A stretch of DNA of 64,000 bases. Origin: an uncultured Eubacteriales bacterium (GTDB lineage Bacteria; Bacillota; Clostridia; Peptostreptococcales; JAAYPU01). The notes under the pieces are model-generated. The model worked only from the letters and a program-made list of their open reading frames with translations. It did no database searches and was not told where the DNA came from. Position numbers and translations under genes: made by a program. Shown one piece after another: positions 21,118 to 30,041 of the stretch. The stretch is taken from assembly GCA_964553505.1 (NCBI GenBank), contig CAZKKX010000001.1:2243-66242 (forward strand), read 5' to 3'. Position 1 is the stretch's first letter. Each line of letters starts with the position of its first letter.

Positions 21118-21747
21118 TTATGTCCTCCTTAATGATTGTTCAATTTTATCGTAAATCTGATCGGCTTTTTCTAATCCTGTTTTTTCGATTTCGCTCAACT
21201 GTGTTAAAACTTTTCCCTTAAGCTTTTCATCCTTCATTATGGCCGTATTGATTAAGACATTTAGCTTTGCTCCCTGAAGGGCCGCCTTACATAAAATAAC
21301 TCCGGCACCTACATCGCTTATAGCTATTCGTGTGCCTTTTAAGGCATATGCCTCATGTAAATCAATAGCCTCTTTGCATACTTCTGCAATTCTGAGAGGT
21401 ACTAATGTAGCGTCCACCAAAGCTTTTTGCAAGGCAATCTCTTTATCCGCTTTTTCTTCTTCTGTCTCCGACGGAAGAGAATAAGCCTTCGATAAAGGAT
21501 AAAAAGCATCCGCATCCTTCTCTACCAACTGGTTCAATGTTTGTATAATATCGGTAGACTTTTCTATAAGACTTTTTATATCTTTTTCAACAGATTTGTA
21601 CTTCTTTTTCCCAAGAGTTAAGTTCCCTACCATACTACCCAGTGCCATCCCCAAAGATCCGGCATAAGCACTGGCTCCTCCTCCTCCGGGAACAGGTTTT
21701 TCAGAAGCAAGTAATTCAACAAATTCCTTACATGTTTTATCCAACAT
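21118..21747 (-). CDS. fchA: Cyclodeaminase/cyclohydrolase family protein (FchA-like methenyl-THF cyclohydrolase)
   Basis: FVELLASEKPVPGGGGASAYAGSLGMALGSMV is the FTCD_C/FchA signature. It lies between fhs and folD. Confidence 0.8.
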   Translation of the reverse strand: MLDKTCKEFVELLASEKPVPGGGGASAYAGSLGMALGSMVGNLTLGKKKYKSVEKDIKSLIEKSTDIIQTLNQLVEKDADAFYPLSKAYSLPSETEEEKADKEIALQKALVDATLVPLRIAEVCKEAIDLHEAYALKGTRIAISDVGAGVILCKAALQGAKLNVLINTAIMKDEKLKGKVLTQLSEIEKTGLEKADQIYDKIEQSLRRT

Positions 21748-21789
21748 TATGATACTCCTTTGTAGAGATTAGAAATTATTAATTCTAAA

Positions 21790-23469
21790 CTAAAATAGTC
21801 CTGTTATAAGACCTTTGTTATCTACATCTATTTTTTCCGCTGCAGGAATTTTAGGAAGCCCGGGCATTGTCATTATATCTCCTGTTAATGCCACTATAAA
21901 TCCTGCGCCTGCGGAAACCTTTACATTTCTTATGGTAATTCTAAAATCCTTTGGCCTTCCCAGTTTTTTGGGATCATCCGATAACGAATATTGGGTTTTT
22001 GCCATACAAATAGGAAGTCTTGTATATCTCAACCTCTCAAGCTCTTCTATCTGTTTAATACTTTGACCTATATAATCGACACCTTTTGCCCCATAAATCT
22101 TAGTAGCAATCTTTTCTATTTTTTCTTTTATTCCTACATCATCCGAATAAGCAAAGCTGAAATTATTATCTCCATTTTCGATGAGGTTCAATACTTCTTT
22201 TGCCAACGCTTTGCCGCCTTCTCCGCCTTTCTCCCAGACTTCGGAAAGTGCTACATTAACACCTAATGCTTTACACTTCTTCTCAATAAATTCCAATTCC
22301 TTTTCCGTATCCGAAGGGAATTTGTTTATTGCCACAACTGCCGGAATCCCAAAATTTTTCGTAACATTTTCAACATGTTTAATAAGATTTGGTATACCAC
22401 CTTCAAGGGACTCAACATCTTCTTTATTTAACTCAGTTTTAGGACAACCGCCATGATGCTTTAATGCCCGAACAGTTGCTACTATTACTACTGCATTCGG
22501 CTTTAAACCGCTTAAACGACACTTAATATCTACAAATTTTTCAGCGCCCAAATCTGCTCCAAAACCTGCTTCTGTAACCACATAATCGCCCAACTTTAAG
22601 GCCATTTTTGTAGCCATAACACTATTACAACCATGTGCTATATTTGCAAATGGTCCACCATGAATAAATGTAGGCGTATGTTCTAATGTTTGTACAAGAT
22701 TAGGCTTTAACGCATCTTTCAATAATGCGGCTGCCGCACCCTGTGCGTTTATATCTCCTGCTGTCACCGGCTCCCCTTCTCTGGAATAAGCAATCACCAT
22801 TTTAGCCAATCTATCCTTCAAATCATCCAAATTATTGGAAAGACATAATACCGCCATAACTTCAGAAGCAACTGTAATATCAAAACCATCCTCTCTTGGC
22901 GTTCCGTTGGCTTTTCCACCAAGACCGTTGACTATGAACCTTAGCTGCCGATCATTCATATCTATTGCTCTTTTCCACATGATTCTTCTCACATCAACGT
23001 TCAGAGAATTTCCCTGATGTATATGATTATCCAACATTGCGGCAATAAGATTATTTGCCGCACCTATGGCATGTAGATCTCCGGTAAAATGTAAATTAAT
23101 ATCTTCCATAGGAACAACTTGTGAGTAACCGCCTCCTGCCGCACCTCCCTTAATACCAAAAACAGGGCCAAGGGAAGGTTCTCTTAATGCAATAATTGCT
23201 TTTTTGTCAAGTCTGCTTAGTGCATCTCCAAGACCTACGGTCGTAGTAGTTTTCCCCTCTCCTGCGGGAGTCGGATTAATAGCGGTAACCAATATCAGCT
23301 TCCCGTCTTTAACATCGTCTATTTCTGATAATAAATTATAATCAATTTTTGCTTTATACTTTCCATAATTTTCTATAAAGTCTTCTTTGATATTAATTTT
23401 GTTCGCAACATGATTAATTAACTCTTTTTTTGATTCCTGAGCAATCTCAATATCTGTTTTGAATTTCAT
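21790..23469 (-). CDS. fhs: Formate--tetrahydrofolate ligase
   Basis: 559 aa. [18 protein letters not shown]-loop and conserved FTHFS sequence throughout. Confidence 0.96.
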   Translation of the reverse strand: MKFKTDIEIAQESKKELINHVANKINIKEDFIENYGKYKAKIDYNLLSEIDDVKDGKLILVTAINPTPAGEGKTTTTVGLGDALSRLDKKAIIALREPSLGPVFGIKGGAAGGGYSQVVPMEDINLHFTGDLHAIGAANNLIAAMLDNHIHQGNSLNVDVRRIMWKRAIDMNDRQLRFIVNGLGGKANGTPREDGFDITVASEVMAVLCLSNNLDDLKDRLAKMVIAYSREGEPVTAGDINAQGAAAALLKDALKPNLVQTLEHTPTFIHGGPFANIAHGCNSVMATKMALKLGDYVVTEAGFGADLGAEKFVDIKCRLSGLKPNAVVIVATVRALKHHGGCPKTELNKEDVESLEGGIPNLIKHVENVTKNFGIPAVVAINKFPSDTEKELEFIEKKCKALGVNVALSEVWEKGGEGGKALAKEVLNLIENGDNNFSFAYSDDVGIKEKIEKIATKIYGAKGVDYIGQSIKQIEELERLRYTRLPICMAKTQYSLSDDPKKLGRPKDFRITIRNVKVSAGAGFIVALTGDIMTMPGLPKIPAAEKIDVDNKGLITGLF

Positions 23470-23517
23470 AAGCTCCTCCTGATTTCGTATTGTAAAACTA
23501 TGTTTTGCATATTAAAA

Positions 23518-23546
23518 ATCTTATCAACTTTTTGACTATTTGTCAA
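23518..23546 (-). promoter_or_regulatory. Sigma-A-type promoter of the fhs cluster (TTGACA-N17-TAAGAT)
   Basis: On the minus strand: TTGACA (23546-23541), a 17-nt spacer, then TAAGAT (23523-23518). About 45 nt upstream of the fhs ATG. Confidence 0.65.
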
Positions 23547-23611
23547 CTTAATCAGTCTTTATTGTATTGTTCCTTTTTTAAAAAATTATTCAACAAATAA
23601 GAGCAAATCAT

Positions 23612-23646
23612 CTTAAAAATGAGATGCCCGAAAATGAACATCTCAT
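23612..23646 (-). terminator. Rho-independent terminator after the Fe-S protein gene
   Basis: Minus-strand ATGAGATG-N12-CATCTCAT followed by TTTTTAAG, 14 nt after the stop at 23660. Confidence 0.75.
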
Positions 23647-23659
23647 GTTTACAATCAAT

Positions 23660-24514
23660 TTATGGTTTTTTATCCTGACATGGAATTCCAACCTGACAAA
23701 GACCGCAGCCCAGAATATAATCTCTTTTATCGATATCAAGCGGCAAGTATTTTTTTGCAAATAGCTCTTCATAATCTGCACAAATATCCTTATCATGTCC
23801 CTCTAATGAAATGGCATTGAAAGGACAACGTTTGATGCAAGCTTGACAGCTTCCGTTCTTATAATACAGGCACCACTCATTATGGGACGTATAAGACCTT
23901 TCGGTTGGTGTAAGCGGTGCTTCAATGATCAAAGATGTAATTCGTATAGCTTTACCCTTTTCTGTAATAAGACCGTCGGAAAGTCCGAAAGTCCCCAACC
24001 CAGCCAAATGAGCGACATGACGATGGGACCATCTGGAAGCAATCCCCTGTTTTTCTGATCTTACAGTACTGAATTCCGGCTGCAGATCAATAGATACACT
24101 CCGTACGCCCATATCTTCCAACTTTTTAACCAGTTTGACGCTGAATTCTTCCATCAGCGGTTCCCATTCTCCTCTTGTTACAATCCATTCTCTTGACGGG
24201 CATTTTGTTTCTTTAAGCTGCTTTTGTTTTGTGACATCTGTTTGTGGAAACACCATAGAAACAACCTTTAATTTTTGTACTGAAACATTTTCAGAGTACT
24301 TTAATCTAAAGGCCTCCTCCGGATTCCAATGAAATTCTCCTATATGTTCTTTTAAGAAATCAAAATATGGGTCATCTCCGGCTGCTATGCCAATAAGAGG
24401 TTTTTCCCACATTTTTTCATCCGACCTTCCTAATGTTTTAAAATTATTCTTTTCCAATGAATCATAAACATCATAAATAATTTGCTCTATATCCTGATTG
24501 GTTTTATACATCAA
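23660..24514 (-). CDS. Two-[4Fe-4S] protein of the epoxyqueuosine-reductase / reductive-dehalogenase-like family
   Basis: C-terminal CxxxxxxxCxxCxxxCP (CLYYKNGSCQACIKRCP) and CGLCQVGIPC cluster motifs. The N-terminal region resembles QueG/RdhA-like proteins. Exact function not assignable. Confidence 0.6.
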   Translation of the reverse strand: MMYKTNQDIEQIIYDVYDSLEKNNFKTLGRSDEKMWEKPLIGIAAGDDPYFDFLKEHIGEFHWNPEEAFRLKYSENVSVQKLKVVSMVFPQTDVTKQKQLKETKCPSREWIVTRGEWEPLMEEFSVKLVKKLEDMGVRSVSIDLQPEFSTVRSEKQGIASRWSHRHVAHLAGLGTFGLSDGLITEKGKAIRITSLIIEAPLTPTERSYTSHNEWCLYYKNGSCQACIKRCPFNAISLEGHDKDICADYEELFAKKYLPLDIDKRDYILGCGLCQVGIPCQDKKP

Positions 24515-24849
24515 ATTAATCCTCCTTATACCATTCTACTGTTAAAGAATTACGATCTATAATACTAATACTCTATCCTTTTATAAACTACAATAACAGG
24601 AAGTCTATCAATTCATTTTCTTTATGCTCATCCGTTAAATTGATTGGTCACTTACAATTATAGGTAAACATTATTCTTATCTTTATTTTATTATTATTAA
24701 TATAATTTTTAAAGAAAAATTATATTAATTCTTTTATTTATCTATATATTGCGAAGTAACTTTTTGCCATTTTACCTCACCCTTAAATCCTAATCAATTT
24801 TTTTTCATTAATCTCTTATTTATTTTATCGTATATATATTTCATACATA

Positions 24850-24890
24850 TACAAATAACAAAGCCAAGCTTCATATTGAAACTTGGCTTT
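24850..24890 (-). terminator. Hairpin terminator downstream of tRNA-Lys
   Basis: AAAGCCAAG (24860-24868) / CTTGGCTTT (24882-24890), 9-bp stem. On the minus strand it is followed by GTTATTTGT. Confidence 0.6.
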
Positions 24891-24894
24891 GTTT

Positions 24895-24970
24895 TGGTAC
24901 CCCATATGCGGCTCGAACGCATGACACCCTGATTAAGAGTCAGGTGCTCTTCCAGCTGAGCTAATGGGGC
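24895..24970 (-). tRNA. tRNA-Lys (anticodon CTT), CCA-encoded
   Basis: Reverse complement GCCCCATTAGCTCAGCTGGAAGAGCACCTGACTCTTAATCAGGGTGTCATGCGTTCGAGCCGCATATGGGGTACCA folds as a cloverleaf: D stem GCTC/GAGC, anticodon stem CCTGA/TCAGG with loop CTCTTAA, T stem ATGCG/CGCAT with loop TTCGAGC. The first acceptor pair is G1-U72. Confidence 0.93.
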
Positions 24971-25080
24971 TTGTTTTCAGCCTAATAAGTATTATAACAA
25001 TGATGCCTTATTTTTTCAATAATAAATTTTTGTAAAAAATCATGTGTTGTGTTTTTATTCCTTATTTGTAAGTCATGTTA

Positions 25081-25755
25081 TTATACCATCATCCATTTTT
25101 CTCTCATAATCATTTGGATGATAAAGAGCTCTCCCTTTATTTTCAGGGGAATATCCTTTGATATCTTTTCAATACAGCAGGTATACTTAACCGGTACTTT
25201 GAGATAATTGCTCAGTTCCGTAGCAAGGCAATCACCCTTCATAATATCTTCTACTGATGTATTTTGCAACATATGTGTATTATTTATTAAACCGGTTACT
25301 TTTACTCCCATTTCTGTTTCAATGCTTTGAAGGTAAACCAGTGTTTTTTTTAAGGTATCGGTTTCCGGTCTGTTGGCATTCACAACAAAAAACAAGTCAT
25401 AGGCATCTTTGGTAAAAAATTTCTTATACCGTGCCAGCGCTCTTGTTCCTACGGCATCACCTCCAACATCCAAAATAACCTGCCGATCCGGATTTTGTAA
25501 TGGTGCATTTATGTTGGCCGAAAGAGACGGCAGCTCTGCTGTAATATCCTTTCCAAAACTGTTACTTATTAATTCTATTCCGTGGGATTTTAGCAAATTC
25601 TTCTTTTCCCTGGTTCGAAAATATGGATTTACGATATCTAAATCGATAATCGAAACTTTATCGCTTTCTTCACTAAGTTTTAAAGCATAATTAACAGCAA
25701 ATTCTGTCTTCCCGCTTCCGTAATGTCCTACAATAATTCTTATTCTTTTATCCAT
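25081..25755 (-). CDS. P-loop NTPase (MinD/ParA/CbiA-like SIMIBI class), function unknown
   Basis: Walker A GHYGSGKT at the N-terminus, DLDIVNPYF and ILDVGGD (Walker B-like). 224 aa, no TM segment. Confidence 0.65.
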   Translation of the reverse strand: MDKRIRIIVGHYGSGKTEFAVNYALKLSEESDKVSIIDLDIVNPYFRTREKKNLLKSHGIELISNSFGKDITAELPSLSANINAPLQNPDRQVILDVGGDAVGTRALARYKKFFTKDAYDLFFVVNANRPETDTLKKTLVYLQSIETEMGVKVTGLINNTHMLQNTSVEDIMKGDCLATELSNYLKVPVKYTCCIEKISKDIPLKIKGELFIIQMIMREKWMMV

Positions 25756-25851
25756 ATATTAACTCCTCTAAAAAAAATTTTTCTAAAAATACAAAATACA
25801 TTTATATTTTAACTTAAAATAGAAACAATAATCAATAAGGAGGGATAAAGT

Positions 25852-26028
25852 ATGCGAAACAACCAAAATGAGAGTCAAAACAGAAATCAACAAAACAACA
25901 GAAATTCAAATGAAAATTCTGGTAACAATTCGAGAAATACCAGAAATAATCAGATGAATAACTCTAAAAATGAATCTCAAAATAACAGATCCCAAAGAAA
26001 CAACTGCCAAGATGAATTAGACTTCTAA
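25852..26028 (+). CDS. 58-aa Asn/Gln/Ser/Arg-rich low-complexity protein (below the ORF-track cutoff)
   Basis: ATG 25852 lies 7 nt after AAGGAGGG. My translation is MRNNQNESQNRNQQNNRNSNENSGNNSRNTRNNQMNNSKNESQNNRSQRNNCQDELDF, with 22 Asn of 58 by my count. A terminator hairpin follows. Confidence 0.6.
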   Translation: MRNNQNESQNRNQQNNRNSNENSGNNSRNTRNNQMNNSKNESQNNRSQRNNCQDELDF

Positions 26029-26050
26029 AGTAAAACTTTTAAGGCAGGGC

Positions 26051-26088
26051 AGAGAAATAGTCTTATAAAAAGGCTATTTCTCTTTTAT
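26051..26088 (+). terminator. Rho-independent terminator after the Asn-rich mini-gene
   Basis: AGAGAAATAG (26051-26060) / CTATTTCTCT (26074-26083) followed by TTTAT. Confidence 0.75.
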
Positions 26089-26182
26089 CCCCTCCTGTTC
26101 CTTATTGACCTCTCTTCCATAATCCCTTATAGTTATAGATGTATGTAAATCACAGATATACGATATGGTAAGAGGTGAATTC

Positions 26183-26503
26183 ATGAGAATCAGAAAAGAT
26201 ATCTTTGAAAATGAAGAAAATCAAATTGTCTTAACAGCTAAAATATCAGATGCTTTGGCACATCCCCTTCGAATAAAAATTTTAAAATTCATTCTAATAA
26301 GTAATTCGCAAAGAACACCTGTCCATAATAAAGATCTGGTGGAATTTTTTGATTATTCTCAATCAACAATTTCTCAACATGTGAAGAAATTGATACTTGC
26401 AGATATTCTGCATGTTAAAAGGAAAGATAATTTTTCCGAATATTATGTAAATATCGGCATTATGGGTAAATATATGGATATGTTAAAAAAATTGGAGTTA
26501 TAG
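26183..26503 (+). CDS. ArsR/SmtB-family winged-HTH regulator with no Cys or His-rich metal site
   Basis: LSDALAHPLRIKILKFI...STISQHVKKL is the ArsR HTH signature. Start at ATG 26183 behind AGAGGTG. The sequence contains no cysteine. Confidence 0.75.
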   Translation: MRIRKDIFENEENQIVLTAKISDALAHPLRIKILKFILISNSQRTPVHNKDLVEFFDYSQSTISQHVKKLILADILHVKRKDNFSEYYVNIGIMGKYMDMLKKLEL

Positions 26504-26609
26504 AGACAGGCTAATTTTTGACCTCCGATAAATCTATTATCACACTCATAAATTATTTGCGTATATTAATAATGAAAATAGTTTTATTAAAATATTGGAG
26601 GGTTATTTA

Positions 26610-26903
26610 ATGGATAATTACCAAAATACACCAAAAGCACCGATTACACAACCTATTGAAAAAGCTCCCGAAGTTGGCGGAATTTATGATATGATGCCGC
26701 AAATGCCAATGTACGGCATGCAGCCGATGTGCTGTATCCCGGTATATTGTATGCCTATGACCGGCATGCAACCTATGTTATCGCCTTCAATGATGGAACC
26801 AAATATACCGTATCAACCGCCAATGTATGGTGGCGCTCAGGATCCTAACATGTATGGCACCCCAGGAATGTACGGTGCACCAGGAATGCCGGGCATGTAT
26901 TAA
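26610..26903 (+). CDS. 97-aa Met/Pro/Gly/Tyr-rich low-complexity protein
   Basis: ATG 26610 lies behind GGAGGG. Repeated GMQPM / PGMYG units, 18 Met by my count, no signal peptide or TM segment. A terminator follows. Confidence 0.6.
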   Translation: MDNYQNTPKAPITQPIEKAPEVGGIYDMMPQMPMYGMQPMCCIPVYCMPMTGMQPMLSPSMMEPNIPYQPPMYGGAQDPNMYGTPGMYGAPGMPGMY

Positions 26904-26926
26904 ATATTAATACTCAAGCTGGGAAT

Positions 26927-26958
26927 AAAGAGCAGAATTAAAATTTCTGCTCTTTTTA
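26927..26958. terminator. Bidirectional terminator between convergent small genes
   Basis: AAAGAGCAGAA (26927-26937) / TTCTGCTCTTT (26945-26955) with a 7-nt loop and a T-run. Confidence 0.8.
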
Positions 26959-26985
26959 TATTCTTACATTATAATGTTTATAGAT

Positions 26986-27234
26986 TTATGAATCTCTCTT
27001 CATTTGTTCCATTACTTGAGATAAAATATTTTCTTTTTCATAATTAGAAAGACGAATATTCTGATCTGTAATAACAGTATCTAACACTTGAATAACCTTA
27101 GGCAAAAGTTGTTGTTTAATAGCATTGGTGTTTTTTTCAACCTTTTTTTGGTCTCTTCTTTTTTCTGAAGTCGAACTAAAATTGGCGTATTCTATGTTCT
27201 CATTTTGTGATAAGTTTTTGTTTGGCTGTGCCAT
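26986..27234 (-). CDS. 82-aa hydrophilic hypothetical protein
   Basis: ATG 27234 lies behind GGCGGAGC. The sequence MAQPNKNLSQNENIEYANFSSTSEKRRDQKK... has no recognisable domain. Confidence 0.45.
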   Translation of the reverse strand: MAQPNKNLSQNENIEYANFSSTSEKRRDQKKVEKNTNAIKQQLLPKVIQVLDTVITDQNIRLSNYEKENILSQVMEQMKRDS

Positions 27235-27482
27235 ATTTTTGCTCCGCCTTCCTAATATTTTCAACACTTCTTTTGAATTTCAAATCTATTCTAATATACT
27301 TTTGTATAGTATTTTGCATAAATCAGTTGTCGACTCCTGAGTATTATGCTACATTCTTACTTTATTTTTTAACATTTTCATTATATTTATTATTTTTTTT
27401 ATATTTTTCTACAAAAATTTTTGAAATGTTTTGTAGATTTACCTCAATTCATATTTCATTTATTTGTTTTCAATAATAAAAA

Positions 27483-27530
27483 AATGTGTAAATACTTAAC
27501 ACCTCTGTGTTAACATTTACACTTTCTAAA
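27483..27530 (-). terminator. Rho-independent terminator of cheC-cheD
   Basis: Minus strand GTGTAAATGTTAACAC-agag-GTGTTAAGTATTTACAC (8 + 7 bp stem with a small bulge) followed by ATTTTTTTATT. It lies about 140 nt after the cheD stop. Confidence 0.7.
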
Positions 27531-27661
27531 AAATAAATGACATGATATAAGTTTAACTCACTTATGCTATGCTTCAGAAATATCTATTATGTAATTTATA
27601 ATTAAAATAATTTTTCTTACATTAAAAGAGAGCTATCTTTCTTTTCTCCCCTCATTATATC

Positions 27662-28147
27662 TCATATCTCTTTTATTCCATGTGCAATGGCTTTTACTTT
27701 TAACGTCCCTGTCTCCGGCGAAAGTTCAACAGTCCTCCCATAATTTAAACCTGTATCTTCTGCAATGATTCTAATGTTTAAATTTTTAAGCACTTGTTTT
27801 GCTGCTATTACATTACGCTTACCTATATTAAAGGCTTCATTTCCTTCCTGCAAAGCGAACATTTGTGCACCTCCCGCCAGCTTCGCAACTAATCGTCCTT
27901 TTTCCGCACCTGCTTTTTCCATTCGTTTTATTAACTCTAAGGTTGCCGTATCTGCAAATTTAGCTAAATTGCTTTTATCTTTAACCTCCGTGCTGAGAGG
28001 CAACATCACATGTGCGAGACCTGCAACTTTAGTCTTACTGTCATATAAACATATTCCCACACATGATCCAAGGGCATATGTAACTAAAACATCCGGTGGA
28101 TAAGCGATGTTTAAATCAGAAATACCTATGATGATGGTTTTGCTCAT
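27662..28147 (-). CDS. cheD: Chemoreceptor glutamine deamidase CheD
   Basis: 161 aa. YALGSCVGICLYD with the catalytic Cys and AHVMLP motif. The start overlaps the cheC stop. Confidence 0.9.
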   Translation of the reverse strand: MSKTIIIGISDLNIAYPPDVLVTYALGSCVGICLYDSKTKVAGLAHVMLPLSTEVKDKSNLAKFADTATLELIKRMEKAGAEKGRLVAKLAGGAQMFALQEGNEAFNIGKRNVIAAKQVLKNLNIRIIAEDTGLNYGRTVELSPETGTLKVKAIAHGIKEI

Positions 28148-28767
28148 AATTCTACTCCTAAAATTTTCAAAATTTTATGAAGAGAATCTATTTCCGGGAT
28201 TAAAATCAAATAACTATTAACATTTTCTCCATCACCACCAATAAACTCTTCTTCAATGAATAAAACCTTTTCTCCAATTTTGCCAAATTGTATCGCCGGA
28301 ACACTCAAAATAGCTCCTGCCATATCTATTGCAATACCAGGAACAGAAATGCCTATTTCAAAATTTGTAAGACTTGAAATGGCATTTACATAAGATCCCG
28401 CCATAATATTTCCTATTTCTTTCAGTGCAGATAAATCCATTTCTTCAAAATCACTAAAGCTTTCTAATTCTCTTCCCATCAGTTGATTCACAGCCAAATG
28501 AGCAAATTCCTGCTTAAGAATAAACATCATCATGCCTTCTATATCTTTAGATAAGGTGAAAAGAATACCAACAACCTGATTCTCCGGTCCCCCAAGAATG
28601 TTAGCAATTTCCTGTATTCCTATTATTTTTACCTGCGGGACAGACATAGCAACTTTTTTTGATAACATCATGGAAAGTGTTGTCGCAGCATTTCCTGCTC
28701 CAATATTTCCTATTTCTTTTAAAACATCGATTTGGAGGTCGTTTAAATTATCATAATTTTCAGTCAT
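28144..28767 (-). CDS. cheC: CheY-P phosphatase CheC
   Basis: Duplicated LKEIGNIGAGNAAT / LKEIGNIMAGSYV CheC/FliY motifs. 207 aa. Confidence 0.9.
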   Translation of the reverse strand: MTENYDNLNDLQIDVLKEIGNIGAGNAATTLSMMLSKKVAMSVPQVKIIGIQEIANILGGPENQVVGILFTLSKDIEGMMMFILKQEFAHLAVNQLMGRELESFSDFEEMDLSALKEIGNIMAGSYVNAISSLTNFEIGISVPGIAIDMAGAILSVPAIQFGKIGEKVLFIEEEFIGGDGENVNSYLILIPEIDSLHKILKILGVEL

Positions 28768-28802
28768 ATTCTCTCCTTCTCAACTTTCTAAATTTAATTT
28801 AT

Positions 28803-28831
28803 ATTTTACCATTAGTTACCTTTCATTTCAA
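28803..28831 (-). promoter_or_regulatory. Sigma-A-type promoter for cheC-cheD (TTGAAA-N17-TGgTAAAAT)
   Basis: On the minus strand: TTGAAA (28831-28826), a 17-nt spacer, and an extended -10 TGGTAAAAT ending at 28803. Confidence 0.55.
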
Positions 28832-29138
28832 ATAAATATATGCCTTGAAAAAATGCGCTAATATATTTATCAATTTATTTCTTGCGTTTATTTTGTCCCA
28901 TATCAAGAAAATATGGCTATGTTAATCTTCATATCCATTTTAGCTGATTTTTCTTCATATAGCCAAAAATAGAGGGTCGTTTTTTGGCTTCATATAATTG
29001 TTTTTTACAAATTTATTTTGTTTCTTACGATGCCTCGTTGTATTAATAATAAAATATAGATTTAGTAACGATACGTAATTATTTTAATAACATCAATATA
29101 AATACATGCATATAAAATTATTTTATGATTATGATGCA

Positions 29139-30029
29139 TTACTTAGTATTTTTTACTACTTTATTTTTTGTAAAATGCTTTTTTAAATTCAACTCCGTAA
29201 CGATAATACCGGCTAACATAAATAAACATCCTATATATCCTTTCAGAGAGAGGATTTCATTCAGGAATAAGAGACCAAATATTGCTGCAAAGACTGGTTC
29301 TAAAGAAAAAATCAATCCAACATGTGTTGGTGATGTATATTGTTGAGCAATTGACTGAATAATAAAGGCCGCTGCCGTGCAAAATATGCTCAGAAAAATG
29401 ACAAAGATTTGTGTTTGAAGAGTTGACGGCAACTTAGGTGTTTCAAAAATACAGGTAAACATAGTACTGAAAAGTGCCACAAATCCAAGTTGTAGTACAC
29501 CAAGGGTAATAGAATCTACTTCTTTGGTTGCCTTCCCCATAAAAATCAAGTGAAATGCACATGATACGGCACAAAGAAAAGAAAAAACATCTCCGGAATT
29601 AATTATAAGCCTCTCATTAATAGTCAGTAATGATATTCCGATCAATGCAAACCCAACCCCTGCAACTGCCTTTCTTTCCGGTTTAAGCTTGAAAATAACT
29701 GCTGAAAAAATCGGAACTAGAACAACCGCGAGGCTTGTAATAAATGCTGCATTTGTTGTTGTCGTATAAACCACTGAAAAAGTAAAACAAACATACGCTG
29801 AAAACAACAACATTGCAAGAAGAAACGCATTTTTTATTGTCTTTAAGTTACTCTCCCTAATTTTCTTATAAAAAACCAAACCGGATAATAAGAATGCCAT
29901 TGTAAATCTTAATGCTATTAAGTTAAATTCCTGTACATTCTCTAATGCAACTTTTGTAAAATAATAAGATACACCCCAAGAAAGGGTAACAAAAATCAAC
30001 ATTAAATCCCCTTGTAGTTGCTTATTCAC
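29139..30029 (-). CDS. EamA/DMT-family transporter
   Basis: 296 aa, ten predicted TM helices in two EamA repeats. Confidence 0.8.
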   Translation of the reverse strand: MNKQLQGDLMLIFVTLSWGVSYYFTKVALENVQEFNLIALRFTMAFLLSGLVFYKKIRESNLKTIKNAFLLAMLLFSAYVCFTFSVVYTTTTNAAFITSLAVVLVPIFSAVIFKLKPERKAVAGVGFALIGISLLTINERLIINSGDVFSFLCAVSCAFHLIFMGKATKEVDSITLGVLQLGFVALFSTMFTCIFETPKLPSTLQTQIFVIFLSIFCTAAAFIIQSIAQQYTSPTHVGLIFSLEPVFAAIFGLLFLNEILSLKGYIGCLFMLAGIIVTELNLKKHFTKNKVVKNTK

Positions 30030-30041
30030 TTTTATATTCTC

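Noticed and set aside
23470-23659. Possible ZTP/THF-type riboswitch in front of fhs.
   Set aside because: A good TTGACA-N17-TAAGAT promoter leaves a leader of only about 45 nt. The remaining sequence is the terminator of the upstream gene. There is no room for an aptamer and I saw no conserved riboswitch core.
27268-27330. Alternative 39-codon minus-strand ORF (MQNTIQKYIRIDLKF...) overlapping the start of the 82-aa gene.
   Set aside because: The only Shine-Dalgarno-like sequence (AGGAG) is 14 nt from its ATG, and the ORF overlaps the better-supported frame out of phase.
27207-27476. 89-aa + strand ORF in the cheD-downstream spacer.
   Set aside because: It overlaps the 5' end and promoter of the minus-strand small gene, is composed almost entirely of F/L/I/Y from poly-T tracts, and has no RBS.
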